Origin: Octopus vulgaris
Lineage: Eukaryota
Assembly (NCBI GenBank): GCA_951406725.2
Contig: OX597817.1
Span: forward strand, 127,224,001 to 127,288,000
Length of the DNA: 64,000 nt
Direction of reading: 5' to 3'
The position numbers were made by a program, and so were the translations under genes. Below are positions 54,950 through 64,000 of this stretch, one piece after another. The notes under the pieces were generated by a model, which saw only the letters and a list, made by a program, of their open reading frames with translations, had not been told where the DNA came from and did not search any database. The number at the start of each line of letters is the position of its first letter. Position 1 is the stretch's first letter.

Positions 54950-56955
54950 TTTACAGCGACAGTACCTTGGTAGATAAAGCAATTAAGAGTCTGAAGACAG
55001 GGAATGTTCCTGGCCCATCAGGTATCACTGCAGAGATGCTCAAAATATTTGGCAGTGTCGGCAATAGCCTAGAGTCCCGTATAGTTAACCAGGTGATACA
55101 CGAAGGAGTCATACCCAATGACTGATGTAGCAGCATAATAGTCAACTGCTACAAAGGTAAAGGTGACGATTTAGATACAAATAATTGCAGAAGTATCAAG
55201 TTGTTGGATCAGTTAACGAAGATCACGGAGAGGGTCATAGCCCAACTAATTAGGGAGAGAGTCAGGTGATGCTATATATTTCTGGTAAGACAGCTGCAGG
55301 AGAAACAACTAGCCAAAGATAAACCTCTGTACTTGGCTTTCGTTGACATGGAGAAAGCCTTTCACAGGGTCGCCCAATACCTTATCTGGTGGTCAATGAG
55401 GAGACTAGGGATAGATGAATGGTTAGTGAGAGCTTTGCAAGCCATATACAGGGACGCTGTCAGTAAGGTGAGGGTTGGCAACGAGTACAGTGAAGAATTC
55501 CACCAAGGTTCAGTCCTCAGCCTCCTTTTATTTGCCGTAGTCCTCCAGGAAATAACAGAGGAATTCAAGACAAGATGCCCCTGGTAGCTCCTCTATGCTG
55601 ACGACCTTGCTGTAATTGTTGAGTCACTATCAGTACTAGAGGAGAGAAGTTTCAAGTGTGGAAATAAGGATTAGAATCGAAGGGGCTTAGAGTCAACCTA
55701 GCTAAATCCAAAGTCCTAATAAGTAGGAAGGCAGGCAAACCACAAATCGCTTCAGGTTGTTGGCCCTGCTCGATCTGTAGAAAAGGTGTAGGTAGAAACT
55801 CTATAAGATGTACGCAGTGTAAGCTATGGACACATAAGAGGTGCAGCAATATCAAAGGAAAGTTAATTGTGGAGATAGTTTTTGTATGTGCCAGATGCTC
55901 AGGAGCAATAAACACTGAAAATGTGCAGAGAACAACTTCCGTCACATTCCAGGGAGAAACACTAGACGTAGTTGATAGCTTCCGTTACCTAGGTGACCAA
56001 GTCAGTAGCGGGGGAGGGTGAACTGAAAGTTTAGCTGCTACAATAAGAGTAACCCGGGCAAAGTTCAGAGAGCTCTTACATCTGCCGGTGACAAAGGGCC
56101 TCTCGCTCAGAGTAAAATGTATACTGTATGACGCTTGTGTACGAACAGCCATGCTACATGGCAGTGAATCATGGACCGTGACTGCTGAGGACATGCGTAA
56201 GCTCGCAAGGAATGAAGCCAGTATGCTCCTATGAATGTGTAATGTCAGTGTGCATACTCGACAGAGTGTAAGTACCTTGAGAGAAAAGTTGGACCTAAGA
56301 AGCACCAGATGTCGTGTGTAAGAGAAACGACTGCGCTGCTATGGCGATGAGGCGAGAATGGATGTGGATAGCTGAGTGAAAAGGTGCCACGCCTTAGCGG
56401 TTTAGGGATCCTGTGGAAGAGGTAGACTCAGGAAGACCTGGGATGAGGTGGTAAAGCATGACCTTCGAACATTGGGCCTCACCGAGGCAATGACTAGTGA
56501 CCGGAACCTTTGGAGATATGCTGTGCTTGAGAAGACTCGGCAAGCCAAGTGAGCCCATAACCTCGTGGTCTATGTCAGGGATGTAACCAGACCACTTATG
56601 CGTACTTTTCCTCTATTGGACACTAAACTCTGCTTGCGAAGACCTGTTGAGGCAAGTGAAATAGAAATTGAAATCAAATTCGATGGCTGGCATCCGTGCT
56701 AGTGGAGCGCTAAGAGCACCATCCGAGCGTGATCGTTGCCAGAGTCGCCTGACTGTCTCTCGTGCCGGTGGCACGTAAAAAGCACCCACTACACTCTCTG
56801 AGTGGTTGGGGTTAGGAAGGGCATCTAGCTGTAGAAACTCTGCCACATCACATTGGAGCCTGGTGCAGCCATCCAGTTCGCCAGACCTCAGTCAAATCGT
56901 CCAACCCATGCTAGCATGGAAAGCGGACGTGAAACAATGATGATGATGATGATGA
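54950..56955 (+). mobile_element. 5'-truncated, decayed RTE-clade LINE (RT, PHD-like finger, 3' UTR, (GAT)n tail)
   Basis: Motifs AIKSLKTGNVPGPSGITAEMLK, YKGKGD, AFVDMEKAFHRV, HQGSVLSLLLF, LLYADDLA, SFRYLG and MLHGSESW. Multiple stops and deletions, ending in a (GAT)n tail. Confidence 0.92.
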
Positions 56956-57020
56956 TATATTAGATAAATATGTGTGTGTGTATGTATATGTGTATATCTA
57001 GATATATATATGTATGCATG

Positions 57021-57076
<56 letters not shown>

Positions 57077-57129
57077 CATATATATATACATATATATATA
57101 CATACATATATATATACATATATATATAC

Positions 57130-57171
<42 letters not shown>

Positions 57172-57770
57172 TGGTAAATAACTATAAGTTGAACATACTG
57201 ATGTGTGCTTTTAGTAAACATAATTTGGGATCTTGATAATTAAGTTATATGCATAAATTTTGTTTTCCGACAAAAATGCAGACATACATATATGTGTGAG
57301 TATGAATGTGAGTGTGCGAGTGTGTTTGTGTGTGTGTTCGTGAGTGCGTGTGTGCGCGCGCGCATATGTATGTTTATTTACTTTTATATCACTGCTTTGC
57401 GATAGCTTTACATAACTTGATACTGCGTGTTCAATTGATTTTGGTAGCAGACAAACATTTGGTTGAATAAATATTCTATAGTCTTGTCTAAGATAACTTA
57501 CTGTAATTTCAACATGTCAGCTACGTTTACTGATATTATTTATCACTTGATATTATGCAAACTGTTAGTAAGTACGAACTGTATATGACAGACTATCTGA
57601 CGTACCTGGTAATTCCCGAGAAAGCGAGGCTTATCCCTTGGTTCCGTTCTCATAGTTGTTTCGTTAATCCAATAACACCAATACAAAGTATGTAACTCTT
57701 AAAACCGTTTTTGTGTATTTACAGATAATTCCGAACTGTCTTACACAGAATCTTGTTTTTAGGAATTCCC

Positions 57771-58486
57771 AATAAGTTTTTAATACTCAAATGGTGAAGT
57801 CAGTTATGTAACAACATGAAATTAGTTACCCGATAGTGAGTATTCAAAGAAAGTAGCCCCGAGAAGGGCTTTAATGCATTCCCAGAGTATAAAGAACATA
57901 GGAGGAAATATTAATAAGGTATATAAACTAGAATACATAAAGCATGTTACGTAATAACTAGATAATCAGATATGAGACAAAAAACAATTCAAATAAATAA
58001 CTCAGAGAATATTACTCTCAGCGGCGCTAGTACTGTTGTATACGTGAATAAGTCATAACCGAAATATGTGGATCTATTGTTTAGAAAAATACCATTAACT
58101 TGTTTAAGGGTTGTACTGGATAAATCGTGAAAATAACATTAACAGTTCAAATACTAACTAATAAGCATACTCAATTTCACTTATTCCAAATAATTTAAGA
58201 AAATGAATGCTTTATTTCCCTTGGCTATATATAAGGATCCATTCCCGAGGTGAATGGGTTATTTCCCTTGGCTCTTAAAATAAAATATATTGTTTATATA
58301 TATGCATATATAAAGCTCCTTTCCATGGGTCCTATTATCGATTTTTTCAACAATCATGAGGTTTACAAACATGAGTTCTACTCACGTGTCAAGTTTTATC
58401 AAAATCGATAAACGATGTAGGAGGAGTTAGTTAACAACTCCACAAACACATCCACAGAAAGAATTTCCCACACATGTAGATATAGA
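57771..58486 (-). mobile_element. Helitron-like element, inverted homologue of 54311-54892
   Basis: GTAGGAGGAGTTAGTTAACAACTCCACAAAC and other blocks are reverse complements of the 54.3-54.9 kb copy. The minus-strand 5' end is TCTATATCTAC. Confidence 0.7.
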
Positions 58487-61400
58487 TGCGCTGTCTGTAG
58501 TTCTCTGGATGTGAAATGAATAGGGATTTTACAATTTACTCAGTTGACTAAGCTGTAAGAAGATAGCATATATTTACATAATTCACAGCAATATTAATGT
58601 AAAAATAAAGTGACAATACAATAATACATTTTCCAGTTTATGCTGATTTAGAATTTTTCTATGGATACTTTGGTTGTTATTGTTCTACATATACTTTTGA
58701 ACGGTATATAAGATTATCGTGGGGCAAAAAGGCATTTCCTTAGGACTAACTTCAAGCTAAGCAATGAAACCCCCCCAAAATTATTACGGCAAAAATGAAG
58801 CATCTCCATGATATTAATTATAGGACCATATATCACATTTTAATTATTCATATTTATAATATCTCTTCCTTAGATGTGAGATTGGATGAGATTTTAAATT
58901 TGTATTTAACATTAGATTTTCCTTTTCCCATTGGATGTTCATGAGAGGTTATATATTGGCCTTCAGCAAACGTTTGAGCTTGAGATGGACCGAAATCTTA
59001 AATTGAATTTTTTGCCAGGCTGATAATATCAAACAATATTTAGTATCATAAATTATTACGTGATAATATATAAACTATATGAAATATATATATTGTAAAA
59101 GCAGGTTTTTCTTTTCATTCAAGTTTAATGACAGAATAAATGTGATCCCTTGTATATGTGTGTACCTGCGTGTATCTGTGTGTGTATACGTGTGTATGTG
59201 TGAGTGTGTGTGATGTATGTATATGAGTGTATAAAAGTGTTATTTCAGAACAGTAATCCATGTAAATAGTTCAGATAAATTTTATATAATACTATGTATT
59301 TATAAAGGATCTTGTATTTCTTGAAATGTCATAGTTGAAACGTCATTGATGATAGTAATCTCCGTAATTAGAAAGAGTTGCATAAGAGTCACTGAAACGG
59401 CTGTAGAAATGTTTATTTTGAAGCATCACTGATATAGTATATTGATCTGTCCAAGCATTATAGACTAATCCGCAGTATATGCAATACAACATGGTTGTGC
59501 ATTAAACAGGTAAATATTATTATCTGAGATTTACTTGATGTAATATATGAAATTCTAATATATATAGTATCTGTCGTGCTAACGTAAATCATTAAACACG
59601 AATTCACACATACATGTACAATTTGTGTTTGGGTGTGTGTTTTTGTATGTGAGTGTATGTATTCGTGTGTGTGCGTGTGTTTGTGTGTCAAAACGTTAAA
59701 GGTAGTGGGTTTCTCGACTTGTTCTAGCAGCTGCTATTGTTCATGTCTTGCTGCTGCATGGTAAAACGAATCGATTTGTTTTAAACAGGCTACCGAAATT
59801 ACACCATTTATTCCGTTTTCGTTGTCTTGAGTAAGAGAGGTTGGTTTTATTGGGTTATTGGAAATAGATTCTATATTCGTTCATATCGTTGACATGAAGG
59901 TATGTCTATCACACATAGTTCTAAACTCTTGTTTTTTTTTCTGATGACATTCGTCATAAAGTATGACTTCTTTTGGCTGAAAGCATTAAAACAAGTTCTT
60001 TATATTCCGCTTTCTAACGGCTCCCTGGTTAAAATTAGAGTGCGAAATTTTATTGGTTTTGTGATACAATCTTTGCTAGATCAACGAAATGGTGAGATAT
60101 AGTTACATTTTAGTCAGGTATTTATGAAGAAAGAGAATTAATTATTCATATATTAGATATAGTACTGATATTTAAATTACACACACATCCTTCTTCATAT
60201 ACTGTCGCACTTTTTCTTTAGCATTTAAAATGAAAAACTTCTAATAAAAGAATTCATACTTTCCAATGGAATTACATGAAATAGCATTTTATATTTTCAA
60301 ATGAGCTTTAGGGATGAAATATGGAATTAAATATTTAAATAGCTAATCGCAGAAATTGGAAAATAAATATGTACATGGGCATGCATAAAATACACACATA
60401 GATGCATAGACATACACACATGGACATATATGCACACAACGAATTCCTGAGGTAGATCCAGTGATATATTATCTAACTTATTTCAGTAATTAGGGGGCGG
60501 CCATCCTTTTATAAAATTAAATGATACATTGTTTAATATTATTCTTGATACAAAAAGTAAACAGGCGTGGTAACCATAGTGGTCATTTTAGAGGAACACC
60601 TTTGATCATAAGTTTGGTTGATTAGAAATAGGCTAAGTACAAGCATGAACGAAATGAACAAGTGCACCATTAATTGCACTAATTATCTTCTAGAATAGAC
60701 CATATTTGAAATAATAAATTGCTATACGTTGATCATAAATGATTACGGAGGAACAAGTTGCATGGTATAGTGCAAATAATTCAATTATGGAAGTGGGGGA
60801 CAATGAGTAATACAAACTGCAATTTTATTTTCGAGAAAAATAAAATTACAGATGTCCACTCCTTTACAAAAACAGTATCAGCTAAACAGTGAGATTCTCT
60901 AAATGCATTGAAAATGCTATAACATTTTGAGTACTATTTAAGAAAATTATTTCCTTTCTTTTGAGCATACAAAAGACAAATATATGTGGAGAAAGATGAA
61001 TAAGGCTCAGGAAGTTGAGTTTACCTTTTCAGTTCTCCAGAATTACATTTGATGAAATACTAATACAAATCTAAGGCAATCCTTAGACATTGGAAAGATC
61101 AGAAATGCAACAGGAGTTTAAATTACCTCGGTCACATGAAAAATGATCTTGGAAAATAGTACAGGATAAGAAATTAACGAAATTCCACTGAAGCTAAAAA
61201 AATTCAATATAAAATGTTCTTCAGGGCTTCTTATCGATCTTCTGGAATAGTTCCCTGACTGATATATTATAAGGAACAATCCTGTTCAAGAAAAGAGATT
61301 ACTGAGACATTTTTTTAATTGAAAACTATTAAATTAGTCAATATTAAATTAGACATATGGGAAAAAATCAACTAGGAATCCAGTGGAGAAAATACCAAAA

Positions 61401-61782
61401 ATTATCCAGATATTGTTTTACAACCTCAATTACGACTCATGAGACCATGAGACCATGATATTAAAATATAGATGTAGCTATCTCTTATTTTGGGACAAGT
61501 GTTAAGTAAGTGATCATTATTAATTTTCCAGAGAGAAATAACTAACGGAACTTTGATGACATATGCTTGAAAACAAAGTAAACCTTGCTCAACTAGCAAA
61601 CAATTCTTCAGGAACTTTCATCTTTGTTTTACAGAGAGAATGGTAATAATAAATTATTTATACTACAAGACGTGCAATTATTCTGAGAATAAGAACTGTT
61701 GCTTAATTCGTAATTCATACTCCATGGTTTTATAAACCCTAAAGTAAAGTCGGGTCTGATGGAATATAAACATACGTAATTC

Positions 61783-61976
61783 TGGTCAGCAATTTAGCGG
61801 AGCGGGTAAGTCGATGCAATTGATCCCAGGGCTCACCTGGTACTTATTTTATCTAACCCGAAAGGATGAAATGCAAAGTCGATCTCGGCGGAAAATGAAC
61901 TCAGAATTTAAAGACGGATGAGATACTGCTAAGAATTTTGCACGGTGTGATAATGATTCTGCCAGCTCGCCACTTT
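61783..61976 (-). mobile_element. SINE family C copy
   Basis: CCCGAAAGGATGAAATGCAAAGTCGATCTCGGCGG...ATTCTGCCAGCTCGCC matches 53.1-53.3 kb. Confidence 0.8.
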
Positions 61977-64000
61977 AAACATGCGTAGTTATAATGTACA
62001 ATAATAATAAGTTAATTATTGTAAATGAAATGAGTAATTTTGTATATTATTCTAGAGAAAAAAATAAAACGAGTTCCTAGTGCAGGATTTTACAACATAA
62101 TGTCGTAGGAAATATCTGAACTCTGCATGGTATGTATTTCCGCTCTTACCGACTTTACTGTATTCTAAATGTCAAAAGAATGACATCAGCAAGAAAACTA
62201 CCACCAAGAACAATTATAATAAATATATACAACAGCTGTAACTATAGTACTCAAAGCGGCAAAGAAAACATTGACAATAAATGTTAACAACAAGAGCAAC
62301 AGCATCATTAACAATACAAATTGAAGAAGACTGGAAAATAAGAAAAATAAAGAGATTCAGACCAACAATAGGCAAATGTGATAAATGAGAATTTAATGAG
62401 AATTTAAAGCAGCAGTCGTATAAGAAATAAATGACTTGCACAATAAGATCTACTAAAGAGGTAATATTAACGATCAGTGTATACGATTGCTATTTCTGCA
62501 TAAAACAAACATTGCGACCGTCGATAATGTAAACACGAAAATTCGCTGAACTTATGCCAAATCAGTACTGAGACCCACTTTCATCTTCATAAAGTCAAAG
62601 CATATAGAACTTCTACATACATGCTCGTTTTAGCTACAGAGAGATCAGGCAAATTTCAACCTGCCAGAATTGGAAAGCACTTAGGATAAGACAATCTTGT
62701 TCAAGAAAACAAATGTAAGTACGGACACAGCGGTATACTTGAATCGATGTTCAGAGCAATGAGGTTTCACATAACACTACATAATGTATAAAAGAAGAAC
62801 AAATAACAAAAGTAAAAATGAAAGCAAAAGCCCAAGAAACTCATTACGAAGCCTCCACTTAAAAATAAGTAACGCAATCATATTCAGTTCAGCATAGACA
62901 TACAAGTTAATTGAGAGGTCTGCAATTCTGTCATAATATTCTGGTTTATTTTTCATTTATTTCTCCTTTGATAGTCTCAGATCTGTTATGATTTATTGGT
63001 GGAATTTGGCTGAAGATGGTTAGTCTATATTTTATTTTCATCTCTGTTTTGCAAGGTAAAATCGTTTCAAGGAAGGTTCAGCTTCATAATATTCATCAAT
63101 AAAACGAAATATTGAATGATTTAGATTAGTCAACTCCCATTCCATTATGTTATTTAGTAACCGTTACAACAAGAGCAGCAACAATAGCAAAAATAATCAT
63201 TTAAGGAGTTTACTGCTCCCTCGATGCGAAAGATGGAATGTAATACGTACTTGGAAAGTAGTATCTTCTGAAACAGGATAACCCCGAACAGATAGACTCG
63301 ATTCATACAGGTAACATCCAAAATGAAATCCAAATTGCATGTCATATTCTTATTACAAGTCAACATTCTTTCCAACACACGCGATCATGATAAAAGAAAT
63401 GCATAACCTGCGGGAAAATAAAATGGGTACGAGAAATATGACTTTGCACGTGTACACGCGTATATTATTAACAAGTTCTAAAATTAGAAAGCAAAACATT
63501 CCTAAGGAATCCAAAACCAAACAGCGGTCTTCACCTATTTATGCAGCCTCACATTCCAAACAAAAAATATGACAACGCAACTCAATACGCAGAAATGCAC
63601 AACAATATACGAAGAAAAGACAGATATACAACGCGATGACCACACAATATAATAAACCTCGGCAAATAGTATATATAGTAGAGAGACCATCACCAGGAAA
63701 CAGAAAGACCGTCACATCAAATGGGAACAAAAAACAAAGGTTGGAAGGACTAAAATCATTATAATGACAATGAGCTGAAATGTTTATAATGACACAAGAA
63801 TTCCCTTCTAAACATATACACATGTACAAAAAGAGTATTTCTCATTCACTTACTTAACAGCCAAAAGAACAAGAAGACACGTATCAGAGCTGATCAATGA
63901 ATGTCCACAATGAGAAGGATCAAATAGAATAAATAAAGAAAATAGAACATGAACGAGGGAAATACTTGCTCAAACGACAAAGAAATAGCTTTATTGAAAA

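Overview
AT-rich, microsatellite-dense eukaryotic DNA, probably intergenic or intronic, with no recognisable host protein-coding exon. Almost all ORFs in the supplied track are artefacts of (TA)n, (CA)n and (AAT)n repeats. The repeat content resembles an octopus/cephalopod genome, which is an inference from SINE and microsatellite style and was not verified. The window is mostly decayed mobile elements: at least 7 mariner remnants or MITEs, a Penelope-like RT/GIY-YIG remnant (29.0-30.3 kb), an RTE LINE whose ORF2 carries a PHD-like finger (55-57 kb), a Dong/R4-like endonuclease fragment inserted in (AAT)n, non-autonomous Helitron-like elements, and three tRNA-derived SINE families. The most striking signal is RNA structure. 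(i) A 359-bp partial tandem repeat at 50437-51073 carries minimal type-I hammerhead ribozymes with a compensatory U3-A8 core pair and a highly self-complementary monomer, making it retrozyme/circRNA-like. (ii) A head-to-head pair of elements at 48296-49018 joins a tRNA-like pol III head, an (AAT)n linker and a hammerhead-bearing Penelope-like tail. (iii) Several further degenerate hammerhead motifs and foldback palindromes sit next to (TA)n tracts. All calls were made by eye, and coordinates of decayed elements are approximate.
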